This document shows, one piece after another, positions 50,401-64,000 of a stretch of DNA of 64,000 nucleotides. Where the stretch lies: assembly GCA_002633005.1 (NCBI GenBank), contig NMRA01000001.1, positions 438,625 through 502,624 on the forward strand. The letters are read 5' to 3'. A program made the position numbers and the translations under genes. Position 1 is the first letter of the stretch. Each line of letters opens with the position of its first letter. Source of the stretch: Phoronis australis (lineage: Eukaryota > Animalia > Phoronida). Below the pieces are notes generated by a model, which worked only from the letters and a program-made list of their open reading frames with translations, did no database searches and had not been told where the DNA came from.

Positions 50401-53400
50401 GAGTTTCACGTTATTTGTTGCTGCCCGATTCTTTACAAGTTTTCTCGGATGCATTACTCAATTCACCCTTCAAATGACAATACTGCTGTACTGTGGGCTG
50501 CAACTCCATCACGAGATAGTTTAATAAACTGGACAAAAGCTCGTGGATGCGTAATGGGAAATTTTTTGCTTTCCCGACATAAGTGAGAGACATGAAAATG
50601 TGTCTGATTTTAAAAACGAGGTCACGCGCTTTCTTATCTATGAGACATGAAGGAGATTAATCTATCCCCATGTAATAGGGACAACCCCATTGCTACAATT
50701 TCTACTTTGTCAAATATTGGTCGGTTAGAGTTGCTCTATGTAAATCACATACCGGTAAACAATGAAATGAGATTCTCTCCATTGACATATTTTGCACATA
50801 CATTTTACGGAACGAAACTCCACTTTTCTGCCATTATTTGCGACTGAACTGAAGTATTTGGAGCATGGGTGAAAGGGAGGCAGGTGATCCCACGTGGTGG
50901 AAAACGGATGAATAATAGGAAAATGGGTTTTAGAAAAACATGTTTTGAATTGGAAATCTGTGGTTTATCTTTTAACTGATATTTAAAAATAATTTTCTGC
51001 CACTGTAAGTCGGCACGATTTGGACACAAATAGGACAAGAATTGCACTCACATCAACTTCCTGAAGGTTTGCGACATTTTTTATTCATGTAACAACAGGA
51101 GCATTTATTAGCATTTTTACAAAATTATCCGATTGGATTATGGGGATCGGTGTTTGCGGACAACGGCTTCGCCTATTCGAATGCTCCAAGGGAGTTGAGA
51201 AGGATTAAGATTTGTCCGATCAGACCAATTTATAATGGTCACATGCCTAAATTTTGGCATTTTAATTTTATTTGACAAGGTTCAAACCATAAAAATGACA
51301 TCATACTACAGTCAAACTGTATCAGTTAGGGACGCAATTTGGAGTACATGTGGAATTACCTTTCGTTAAATTTCTCAACAAAAATAACTTTTCAGGAAAA
51401 TTAATCTTTGATTTAAGCATGGTTTGTAAGATGTAGCTATTATCAAATAACATTTAGTAAAAGTGTGTGAACACATGCAACAATGTGGTAAGTGTCTGAA
51501 AAAATAGAAATACACGTACAGCAATTATAGCAATTATAGCAATTATAGCAATTATTTTTGTTTCAAATTGAAGAACCTTTATCATAGTCATCTGAACTGC
51601 TAAAATTGATCAACTGCAGGGAGAATGTGCCCTTGACCTTCAAAATACAAAGTTTCTCTGTATCCTGCGTCAACAACCAATATTACTGCAACAAAAGTTG
51701 TTTGCTAGTGCTAAGGAGAACTGTTTTCATCTAAACATTGAACGATTTGTGGCATTAATGATTGAGGAAGAAATCTAAGAATAGGCTGTTCTTTAGTGAT
51801 TCTTGGTGACTATAAGACTCGGAAAATGGCTTTCATATTTTTGACAAAGGGCATTGTAGTTAACTACAGGTGTTTTAGCTATACAGGGTGAAACAAAATG
51901 TTATGATAACACTCCGAAGATTGATGAAAACCAGAAAATGGTCTCGCACGGAACTTATCTTGTTTTTTGTAAATCCAAAAATCCTAAATTTTCCTTCATA
52001 AGGCAAGGAAATTCTTCTGTTTGGGACAAAAATAATGCTAAAATTGACATATTTCACTTTTTCAGAGGCTTATCACCTTGTTACATAATCACATAGTCAA
52101 AATCTACCAAATGTTGTTTGCTAATACTAATAGCCAAGCCATACACAGCACGTTGAAAACAAAGCATATTTTCCTGTACTTTTTATTGTTTCAGAAAATG
52201 AAAAAGGTCAAATTTGGCAATTATTTTTGTTCAAAATTCTTGGCAAGATTTTGTCATACTCAATTTTTGAACACCCTGTATATTGAGATGGTATATTAAC
52301 TGTGTTGGAAGAGATTCATTATTCTTCAATTGACCGTATAAGTTACATATGGTTCACTGTAAGGTCAACATTATTTCTTCTGCAGCATAGTGCAAAGTCA
52401 AAATAGAGTTTATTTCCCAAATTTTCTCAACAAAAATGAAAATTAAAGTTTCTATTAGCCATCACTGCGTCCAAAGCTTCATTCCGTCAAGAAATGCTGG
52501 AAAATTAGGACTGGCCGTAGGCAAATACCCTATTCAGACAATGCAGTGGGGGGGTAGCCTACCGACGAATGGCAATGCGGATAAGCGGCTAAACCAACAT
52601 CGTGAGGCCTACACATTTGTTAGAAACTTTTATAAAAAGTCACTCTTTCACTGAGTTTTCCACATAACATCCATTTGAATCTATCCGAAGTCACCCCTTA
52701 ACCTTATCTCAGAGTCACAGCAGCGGCTTGTCAGTAGACCTATTCACAGTTCGTAACTTCCATCGTTCTGTTGACTTAGTGGGCAGCAGAAGACAGAAGT
52801 GCGGAATGCTGTGGCCGAGAGGTAGAGCTGCAACATGTTGAACCAGCGCCCCCTAAACCAGCACTTGGGCATTACCAGGCCAGATTATCTGCCCACAAAC
52901 TACTATGTGGTATATTCAGACCACAGATCTCTATCACAAAAAATTATATACTTTAGACGAAAAAGGCATGACATTGTCTTGTGACATCTGGAATAAAATT
53001 AAGGGTTGCTAACCACCTGCTTTTGATAGCAAATTCTGCTTTCGTGTCACCTGAGTAAATTGTTTCTTTCCTAAACTACGGAGCGCACCTCACGAAACAT
53101 TGCTTTTCGCGTCTCGTTATCGACAGTTCCAGGTGAGCCGACTCGTAGACGACACGGCCTCGCCATGACTCATTGGGATGCCGTAGAGTGATTATCTTCC
53201 ATGAATAAGTAATAGTAAAATAACAATACAATACCTATGTTAGTTCTTACCAAAGATGAAATAGCACACCCGAATCCAGAGGGAACGAATTCCAGGTTGA
53301 AGTTTATTCTTGAATTTTGAGACGAAATATTAAATGTCGTCATCCGTTTACTTTATAAGCCAAGAGTAGCACGTATTATTTTACATAAATCCGGTCAGAT

Positions 53401-55805
53401 TATCTCCTCATGGGGTATTTTCAGACGAAAACAAATTGACAATATCGTATTTATGAAATATCCGACATCAAAAGCAATACCAAGCGACCATTTGATAACT
53501 AGGCTTCGTTTCAAAATACGCATGTGGTTCAGCAGCGTGGCTACCCGTGTACCCGGTTCCGTGTGTCAGCCGTGCGCACCCTTTTAGACTACAATATGTC
53601 CTATTACGATTTATGCTAGCTAACATCCTGTTGCCAAATAAAAACCTTGTTAAGGTCACTGACAACACCTCGGGATGACTTGAAACATAAGTTCAAACAG
53701 AGTTGTGCGGTAGTAAATGCTATTGACCGGGTTGTCTTGCTTCTAATGGCAATCTGCCTCGACTCCACTGAACGCGAGGGGTCACTAATTACTGCTTTGA
53801 ATTCAAATGGTGTTGAACTAACGAACTAGACCTCATTGAGGACACTCGGCAATGCCATATTGTATAATTATACATTAGCATCTCTCATGTTTAACGGCCT
53901 ATACATGTACTGCGCCATGTGGGAGGTCTCTAGTCTCCACCGTTTCAACGGGACCTGTAAACTGTACGGAGAATTACTATATTCATTGTCAAACAGAATT
54001 GAAGCCCATAAGAAACCAAGCATTTAATCCAGGTTTAAATAATTATACAACTTGTTTGTGGCCAGACGCATCTAGCGTTTTTTCAGGCGACCACCTCCCC
54101 AAGGGCCAGCCAAAAAAACGCAGAAAAAATTCGGCTATGGTATTAGTACTGTCGCGCGAACGTATATCCTTTGTGCATTGTGGTTGGCACTTGGTCTGAA
54201 GTTGTAAGAGGCGTTACACCAACTAAGAGGTCGACTTTACTGAACTTGGGAGGAAACATGCACGGACAAGCGATTGTCCGCCAGGTCCCGGATGCAGGGA
54301 GTAGGAACCTGCCTGCTCAGCCATTGTTTGAATTCGGCTTCAGTGGAAGTTTGTCAAGTGCTACCGGTCATTTCTGTTCCGTATCAGACCTCATTAACTG
54401 TGACCTGGATCCACACCTGTTAATTGTCTCATTATCCGGAACAACATTATTTACAACTATCGGTCCTAGTGCTCATCACTATATACAACGAACATGTTCT
54501 ACCCAGATTTAAGGGAGCCCACCCTATTCACGAGCACGGTGAACAATTCACCCACCCCAAAGGAATCCTAGATACTCCAATATATACTAGTCTGTTGTCG
54601 CGATTCTGAACCAAGCATTATTTCACAACTTCGGCCCGCTGCAGCAAACAATTACGATATTTTTAGATAGAAATTAAAAAGTGCTCACAAAAGGTCTTAT
54701 TATGTTGAAAAAAATATTCAAGATAACCACAAATGTTGCGTTATAGAACTTCCGCCCCGTTGCATTCTGGCAGGAACTCAACCCAAATATAATAACATGA
54801 TCGGTAAATCTCTTCCTGTTTCGCTACAAGTTTCATTGTCAGAAAAGTGACCTAGTCATCTACCCCGCGTATCTACTGAGAGAGTTGGTAAAGAAGTGTC
54901 TCCACACAACATTGGTTTCCATTTGCATACGACCGGACATGCAAGCATTTCTCGCAGTATTAGGAAATCGTCAAAGACGCGCAGACAGCGGGGCTGCAAA
55001 GTCACACCTATATGATTTGACTTTAATTACCTGCACTGAGACGAATCCAATCTCGCATAGGCTCTAAAACGTCAGTGAGAAAGGCGAGGTTGTTTTTTAT
55101 CTCCGACCGATCCAGCTAGGGGGTTCAGCTCCTGTGTGTAAACTGCACTCCACTAAGAGAATTAGCAAGACTCGCTCGGGCAATTGAACTGCTCTCAACA
55201 GATTGATACCCACTTCCCGTAAATTTTGTTTTCGCAGGTGGAAATGTGGTCAGTTAGATTAAGTTACCATAAGAGTGTAATTATCATAAGGAGACCATTA
55301 GAGTCCCTATACGGTTCATAATTGAAGACCTTCTCCAACAGAAATTGGTGTTAAACAGTACTAATTACGATAACAATATTCTAATTCAGGACACTAAAAA
55401 GATATTATTTTCCTAATAGTCAGGGCCATTATGGGTTTTCAAAACAAATGAGAAAATGGTGTGAACGCCGACAAAAATATGTTTTCTATAAAGAAAATGC
55501 CTTTCTCTGTATTCCATCGGAACTGAACCCTGGTTTTCTCTCAAAAACAAAAGTTTTGATTCAAGCCACGTACCGTTGTAAATGGGTCATATCTTGTTAT
55601 TTACTCACTTTGCAAGTGATCTCGGGGCTCTGGAAGAACTGATAGTTAAAATTTCAGGTCGTGTCGTGACCTGAGATTCTATGAGCTTAGTAGGAAGAGA
55701 AAATGAAGTGTCGCTTCTTCAACGTGTGAATGCCACTTTAATTACTAGTTTTACAGACACGTTCTTATAATAAACACGATACTTTTCACAATACAAAGAC
55801 AAAGA

Positions 55806-56032
<227 letters not shown>

Positions 56033-57869
56033 TGTACAACTACTTAGAAATTTTACAAAAACAGTTAGTGTGACTAGAGATGCCTCAGTCTCCAGAATCC
56101 ATTGTACGTGGCACAGTGTGAACGAGTGATCAAATCCTTCAATGGCAAGAGAAAGAACCGATTTTAGTGCATAAATTTGACAAACCAGGAATGCGTTCCA
56201 CAGACGCACGGGCTGAGACAAAAGGCAAGGCCACTCAAGACCAAGCGAGTGCAAAGTGAATCTGTGAGTATAGTCTGGAACTTACTAGCGTATACTCCAA
56301 CAGAATGTGGGCCAGTGACGTCATTAGTCGGTGAGGTTGGGTTGTCGAATTAGCATAGGATCGAGTTCAGTTCCGTTCCATAAGCGAATATTTTTCGCCG
56401 CACGTGCAGTCCAAAGTTCTTAGGATTTAAGAATCGTGGTCATACTTCAGGGCAGCCCAGTGCATGGCATTCTTTTAAACTACAGCATCAGCTTCAGATG
56501 TCCGACCCGCGCGTTCGGGGTTCTACTATAAAGCCAACCTTCACGATATAAAAGCCAAGACCCAGGCCATGCATATTGCGCTTATCAGCAGTAGTGGGAC
56601 CTCAGCTATCCTGAGTAAACTGTGTAATCGCCTCAGTACAAGAATTTTTCAGGAGCCCTCAAGAAAAAGCTCCAACAAAACGTTCGGCCTCATGTCAATT
56701 TTAAAAACAGAAACCAATTTTATTCTGTATTTATTTGTGAATGATCCTTTTTCAGCGCGTTAACATTTTTTCCAAAACAATAACATTTAATATGGAATTT
56801 TCAAGTTTGATTTTCAAGTTTACTTAATTACTGCTGATGCACCAGGAAAATAGCTACCCCGGCGCTGAGTAACACTGGGATGTACTTTCTATGAAAAATA
56901 AAAGGTTGACAAAAATCGCAAATATGTACAAAACAGTAATTTACAGACTAGGCCTGCTTCAGTAACATCATCCTATTGATGTGACTCGTTTTACTTAACA
57001 TTGGCGCCATTATGGACAACGATATCTTTAAAAAGGTTCTTAACAGCCACTGTCATTCCCGACAGCTAATTTCCCAAGTATGGTGAATCCACGCCGATAC
57101 TAATTTGGTTTAACTCACCCAGCTCTTGTGCCTATCCAAACTAGTGACGCAAGCTGAAATCCACTACAACCAGTGAAACACAGGCACGCTTCAAACGATC
57201 TATACACACAGTGAGTAGTCTATTCATCCACCGGACATAACTTTTGTAATCCTTTCGGTGGAAAAATATTTAATCTTGTTAACTCGGAAAAACCAGATCC
57301 GCTCAACAGGACCTATTCAAAACCTTTGACACAATGAAGTTTACGCTTACTCGAGCCTACCCGTTTCTTTCCAAGTTGAATGTTATCACTGACAATCCAA
57401 CTCTATTCACGCTGCGAGTTTCACTAATATTTGTATTGAGTTTTCATTATCAATATTTGAACAGGATGTGTGTATTATAATCTCGCCACGCCAAGCAGTC
57501 TTGCTCAATACCGAATATTAGACTCTCTTCAGATCTCCAACAAAAACGGACCCCTCTTCACATCTGCCGTTGGACTTTGGGAGCACAGCATGACAACACG
57601 AACCCAAAAGTTAGAAATACCTGTCATATTTTGTCCAGGTACAAAAGAAAGACCATGCTGATAATGAACAGCTTAGAAATATCTGCACGTGATTGGTTCG
57701 GTTCTCCAGGTACAAGGATGTTCAGACAAGCTCATGCATAAAGTATGGTTAAATTGATTTAATGTCGACAACGATAGGGATACTAAACAGCCATGATCGT
57801 CATAAGTGGTCATGATATCATTGGCTCGTGCGGCACCTCGTGCATTGACAGTCAGCCTGCATTCGTATT

Positions 57870-57890
57870 GTCAGCATCACGGACATCGCG
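57870..57890 (+). promoter_or_regulatory. RE1/NRSE-like motif
   Basis: GTCAGCATCACGGACATCGCG versus consensus TTCAGCACCACGGACAGCGCC: 17/21 identity with canonical spacing. Confidence 0.25.
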
Positions 57891-58789
57891 AACTCAAGGG
57901 TAAAAACAAACGCTTAGTAGCACCCTGTGCATGCTGCTATTAGTTGAAGTGAAAGAGAAATAATAAAAAAAAACACTCATCTGATAAAAATGAGAATGGT
58001 TGGCAGAAATGAACTGAATGTTTACATTTTTACAAAAGCAAGCGAGCAATATTTCAGCTTAACTAGATGATCATTCTACACATTCTTTGTAGGATTTTTT
58101 GCACTAGAATTTATGGCTGTTTGTCAGTCTAGTTGGGAGACAGGTGATGTACAACGTTTTGTACAACAGTACGGGACGTTCATTTAACATCGTTTTCTGT
58201 GAGAAAGTGTTGATGAATTAAAACAGCACCTTCGACAGAAGGATGTGTATGACATTTTATTCGTACAGACCCTTTACCCTTTCATGCGGGCCCTTTATTC
58301 TGTACATCCAACATAGCTGCAAAACACTTATTTAGTTCACACCAATACAATAAATTATTCATCGCTCTTGATTGTTACCAGTGCGACATTGAATTCAACC
58401 AATCTCAAGCCCGGTAATAGTAAACGGGGCCCTAATTAACGACTCTTCTATTAAACATATAATGTAGGTAGAAATTGGATTATAGACTTGCTGATTTGAA
58501 AACCTTTCGTCTTCATTGCCGTCGACCGTCATGTTACGTGATATATAAGCATTTGGTGACGCCATTTTAATTTTTCAGCTAAAACCCAGTCGTGCTTAGA
58601 ATGTAATGATTAGATGTGACAGCAGGCGTCTCAGTGCCTGTGTGGGGACTTCACTCTTCTTGAAATCAGTTAGGTAATCATTTGTTTATACTAGCAAAAC
58701 GCGCCACCCACCCATCTGCTACCGCTACTACAGTTGATATTACTACTATGACCACTGCTATTATAGTACTACCTCAGACCAGTGCTGAG

Positions 58790-58930
58790 ATACTACTACT
58801 ATCATTATTAACAGTAATGTTAATACCACTACCACTACCACTACCACTGCCACTGCCACTACGACTACGACTACGACTACGACTACCACTGCCACTACGA
58901 CTACGACTACCACTAGCACTACCATTACTT
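58790..58930. repeat. Degenerate (CTA/CCA/CGA) triplet-hexamer microsatellite
   Basis: CTACCA, CTGCCA and CTACGA hexamers in tandem. Confidence 0.9.
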
Positions 58931-60899
58931 GCTGCTGATAGCTACAGTTACTGGTGTCTCTACTACCAAGATACAAAACTAACTGCCTCCGTGCTAATGC
59001 TAAAAGACGAAGTTTAAAGATAGAATACCTAGGTAGGATTTTCATTGACGAATGGGAGGAAGTCCTTTAGGATGGGCACCAAATGCCCTGTCCGGCCGTC
59101 GAGGTGGGTTTCATGACTAAATGTCTTAAGAATTTTGCCGTGACAGTGCAAAAAAACTGAATGACGACCGAATAACGTTGGAGATATTTGTTCAGACAGA
59201 ACACGTATGGACGGTGTAGCATTCGAGGTATGTTCTTGGCAAAAACGTCAGATTTTCACCGGTACCCATGCTCACATCCAGGTATTGCAAAAGGCAGGTG
59301 CAATATTCGCCATTAGTGCACTTTCAGTTGAGTTCTCTACCCACTCCAGGCCATCCGTTCATGTCCAATCTGATCCTTCAGAACCAATTAGAATAAAAGC
59401 GGTCCTGACTCAGACCGAGGCGGACCTTAACTGTTCACGAACGGTTCCTTGAGTGGACCTTCAACTGACCCCGGAGGTGCATTCACACCCGTCGCACCCG
59501 TGGCACCCCTCTCCCTCGATTATGGACATATTAATCTCCAGCTTGTGCTTAGTCATAAAGATTTGATGACGTGGGCGATATCAGAACGGGTGTAATGTGA
59601 CGAAACCCTTAGAGTTTAACGACAAAAAAAAACGCTTTGTGATAGTGAGCAGTGACGGTTATTGGAAATATCTTCTGAAATTGACGGTGTACAAGACTAC
59701 TTGTGGGGGAGGGGTGTACTCTAATCGTTAGACAAAGAACTATTAGTGGCGGGAGTTACACGGAACTTTGTATAATAGTATTTACGACAATAGAAAAAGA
59801 AGAAAAAGGAGAGGAAAAACGCTTCAAGAAGATTTTCAAAGTTTCTTAAATTTGGAACAAGCATTTAAGGATATTGCTTTTGCCATACAACAACACTATT
59901 TCCGAAAGCTGTTCTTTCCGTCTTTTTTCTTTAAGACGACACCTATATTTCGCTTTACACTAATTCAACAACAGAAAACCTTTTCATAAAACTACGACCG
60001 GTGAGCGTCGCTGTTTACAACTTGTAGTTGTACTACGTTGCTGTCAATTTACATTTTCCATTTTCGTTTCTTTTTCTGTAAACATAGTTGTCCTACAATA
60101 TGCAGTGTGGCAAAGATTTTCCTTTTAAAATTACAATCTTAACATTGATTTTCCGCGACATCGTTAATCATTGACTCTTCTAACGCGACATTTAGTGAAA
60201 ACAAAATGAAAAGATCTTACCATGTGAACTTTAAAGCTTAGAAATCTTCTCTTAAATTTCAGTATACACCTAACAGTTTATGTCGGAAACAGTTAGTCAA
60301 CACACTTTACTTAGTAGACGTCACTTGTTTCTTTCCAATCGGTAACATGGAAACCCTCAAACAGCGTTTATACACCTCGCGATCTACTACAACAATGCTT
60401 CCCTCCCGGGTCAAACGAAGTCGATTGAATACAGTGTTTGGATTATTGGCAGACCATTGCAATTAACAACAATGAGAATAATAGTCGCGGATTGAAAAGG
60501 TGAACACCTAATACCTTTATAACGCCTCGGGGGCATTGTCAGCTTTCTTACAAAGTTTGTATAAATTATACAGCCGGCCCACCGCTTGATACTGTATCCT
60601 ATTAGCGGTCATTGTGTGCTGAAAAGACTTAACATCATTTTTGTTTTTTGAGAACTTTGTCCTTTTCAAGCCCCGGAGCCATGGTGTAAAATGACTGAGC
60701 TGAAATTGGATCTTTTGGTCCGAAGAGAGTTACGTTTTGAATTAGCGTACGTTGGACTACAACCGTACGGTTAACAATTAAAACGTCGCAGAACGTGAAT
60801 TGAGCAGTCTCAAAATATAGCAAGACTTTTTGTATCAGTGACGTCTGTTGGCAATTTCCTTCATACAGTTACCCTAGACACGTGACTTGCATGTGGGTA

Positions 60900-61301
60900 C
60901 CGGGAATTTCCGTAGATAACCAAATGGGCGTGTATTCGGAAACTGAAAATTTTCAGGCGTTTTAGCAACACCAAATAAACGCTCGGGCGTTTATTCGGAA
61001 AAGGAAGGCGTGTAAACGGAAAGTCATAATCTTGCTGACTTTGACATCTTTTTACTTAAAACTGCGTTTTTAAATTTTATGTTAATAAATGCATAGTTCG
61101 CCAACACCTCAATTCGTTTTTATAAATGATAAATGCTCCACAAAACTGAATTTGTGACAAAAAATGACGCTGAGTAGGCTTTTAAGAGGAAAATTTCCAA
61201 ATAAACGCCCCACAGTCTGGACACTTGACAATACAAGTTGTAACACCAAATAAACGCCCATGGGCGTTTCATCGGGCGGGCTTATCTACGGAAAATCCCA
61301 G
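60900..61301. mobile_element. Tc1/mariner-type (pogo/Tigger-like) MITE
   Basis: TA|CCGGGAATTTCCGTAGATAA ... TTATCTACGGAAAATCCCAG|TA; internal AATAAACGC / GGGCGTTTATT repeats. Confidence 0.85.
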
Positions 61302-63812
61302 TAACAGTCATTTGCAGACAAATTAATATCAAGTACCGAGGATAGACATGAATAACGTGAAATTCATCGGCGAATTTGAGTCAATTTGGTTTCCAGACAA
61401 CGCTGGAGTTTTTTCCAAGTCAAAGTATTGATAAATATTCTAACATGTGCTTGTAGCCAGACGCATAGAAAACAATGATTTCACCCAATATCTACACCCA
61501 CCATAGTCTTGCAACTCCAGTTTAATTGTGCGGTAAACGTGTTTGAATTCGTCATAAATTTTCATGTATAAACAAAGACTAGAAGAGTTGGAATTCCAAC
61601 GGTAAAATGCCAACAGATGGAGCTAATACTCAAAATTAACACTTAATTGCCATATTCGATTGACATCAACTTTACACTTGCCATTTTGTTTTCAATTTAC
61701 TTTGTAGTAGACGATGATATTTGGTGGATTTTTATAAGAGTCGTATGAACGAAGTTTAATTCCGGATTTTCCGCAAAGTTGATACTTGCATGAACGGGCC
61801 TTATGCCAGTGTGCCCATCACAAAATGTAGGGTTGAACCACTAAGGTGGACTCGGATTCAATTGAATTACTATCAGGCTAAGTTTCACACATTACACATT
61901 TCTATTTCAACATTTTTTGAAGTATTAATAAAAACCGTTAAAATGTGTTCAAGTGCAGCCCACTTAAGTACACCGTGCCGTCAATGTTAGGAAAATATAA
62001 CTCTGTCTACACCTCGGGCGTCGCTGGTTTTCGCCCCTGTTTGCTCAATTTCCCCTAACTACCTTTAATTTATTAAACCGGCAGTGTTAACAGAAATCCG
62101 ACACACATGCACGCGCACGATTATACGCGCGCAAACGCAAACACAGAAGAGAAGTTCTCTGGTAACACTGCAATGTAACCGACACCTGAAAACTGATGTT
62201 AAATTCGATTTTATTATCGTCAAGTACTAGAATTTAGCTTAATGCCAAGACGTAAAAATTAATAGATTTTTATTTTTATCAATAGAGAACGACGAGAGCG
62301 TATTTGTTCAAATTGAGAAGCTTTTGTCATTGTTTAAGAATGTCAACAGAAATATATTGAAAGCCAAGAGCAAACCTACGGGGAGTGATGGGGATGTAAT
62401 GTTCCTCAGAGACAAATTTTCACCACAAACTTTACCCATCTGTGGCGTCTATCTCACTTTCAATTTTTTAACGTATAACACGCCTACTTACCTTTAGAGC
62501 GCCCAATAAACTTCTACGCACCCTTACACCAGGCTTTCGATACAGTTCTTGGAATATTCTTAAAATTCCGTTAATGTTACTGATATATTTTATAATCAAC
62601 AAAAATGAATAACGGTTTGGCTGCTCAATTTTCGTTACGTGAAATGGCTTTAGTTTGCATCTGAGAACACAAGAGCAGGTCACTTAGAAACACGTGACCA
62701 ACATAAACATGGGCACAATACAACACGTGAAATTATACACCTGTGCAACTGTGAAGTGTCATTTATAACATAAGTGCACAAGTCTTTATAATAGCCGCAT
62801 TCAGTGGACCAAGGCCAACGATAGTGGTGCCTTTTGAGTGATATTATTTCACCATTGCCATTTCAAAATATGTACCATGGTTCTTGGTTTTGGTCTCTCA
62901 TGGCAGTTGCATTTCCGTCACCATTTTAAATGCAACGGTAATCTTGGTTTTTGATTGCTTTCCAGCTCGCACATAAATTCACTGTACTTTTGTTTTTGTT
63001 TAACCCACACAGTTGGTTGAAAGGAGACAGAAGCACATTAGCCTGTTTTGTAAAGCCCTTATTACCAACAATCTGAACACCGTAAGACCATTCTGTGTGC
63101 ACACCCTCTGAAATAAGCGATCATTACAGAATTTGCCTAGTATTACAGTGAAATCAAGGAAAGGAAATCTAAAATCTGAAATGGAAGAAGGACGTACATG
63201 ACAAATTATCTATCTTCCATACACTGCCTCATGTTCCCTTAATAAATAGTATTTTACGGGCATTTAACCAACCGTGAGCCTCCTGTGGAGACATCTATCG
63301 GTACAAGAACTAAACAGAATTGGCCATGCGCATCCCATGTATTACTGATGAAGTTTCTTTTGTACGGTTTCATAGTATTCATAGATAGTCACACTTTTCC
63401 TCGCTACCAACAGCAACATACTTCATTAAACTCGCCAAGAGAGATGACATTCGGACCTTTCATTCAAATTAGTGACACCTTGGCGTATTATTGCCAATTA
63501 CTTCGATCGACTGTTTAGGATCTTTGTAGCGCAGTTTTGCAAATCGTTTGCGTTTGTTTCTTGAATAAGTGACCGTTCCATTACAACTACGGTTGGTTGG
63601 AACATGGATTGACGTACATTAGATATATCGAACTTGGAAATTCGTATGATCAATTACTGTCTACTTTCCAAACACGACATGTTGGGATCTTGTTTCCGTA
63701 CATCGCAGTCAGTAACGCTACTATAGGACTTCGCTAAAACGACTTAGCGAGATTACGTGAGATATTGCCGTGTATTTTGAATGAGAACACGTGACCTTGG
63801 CTAAATTTCAGC

Positions 63813-63848
63813 TAGGTCCTAGCGTAGGTCCTAGCGTAGGTCCTAGCG
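63813..63848. repeat. 12-bp tandem repeat x3 (TAGGTCCTAGCG)
   Basis: Three exact copies. Confidence 0.9.
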
Positions 63849-63869
63849 TTACTGAACGCACGCCGGGTC

Positions 63870-64000
63870 CAGGGGCGGATCCAGGATTTTGAGTTAGGGG
63901 GGCAGCGCAGAATATTAGCCAGGATTTTGCCCGTCAGACATTCGCACATCCATACTGCCAAATGGAATCTTGGAGAATTTTAGGGTGGGCCATGGCCCCC
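63870..64000. mobile_element. Same non-autonomous element as 22668-22813, inverted, copy 2 (cut by window edge)
   Basis: CAGGGGCGGATCCAGGATTTT...TATTAGCCAGGATTTTGCCCGTCA... is the reverse complement of copy 1 with substitutions. Confidence 0.85.

Overview
Eukaryotic, AT-rich, intron-rich animal DNA, most likely from an invertebrate bilaterian (organism not determinable from sequence). The main feature is the 5' part of a voltage-gated sodium channel alpha-subunit gene on the minus strand, probably of the Nav2 (DSC1/BSC1-like) clade. Nine GT-AG coding exons between 21231 and 2481 join in frame to give 493 codons: N-terminus, all of domain I, and the start of the I-II linker. The gene continues off the left edge. 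A second, unidentified minus-strand gene probably lies upstream, with a coding-like terminal exon at 36883-37194 and a candidate internal exon at about 41347-41576. The rest is intronic or intergenic: a decayed RNase H-bearing non-LTR retrotransposon, several MITEs with visible TIRs/TSDs, tRNA-like SINE remnants, micro/minisatellites and a 250-bp duplication around a single N that is probably an assembly artefact. I found no convincing novel multi-gene system. The best leads are the channel's structural peculiarities (long S1-S2 loop, missing U12-intron position, duplicated splice acceptor), the hidden second gene, a convergent CTCF-like motif pair and an RE1/NRSE-like element.
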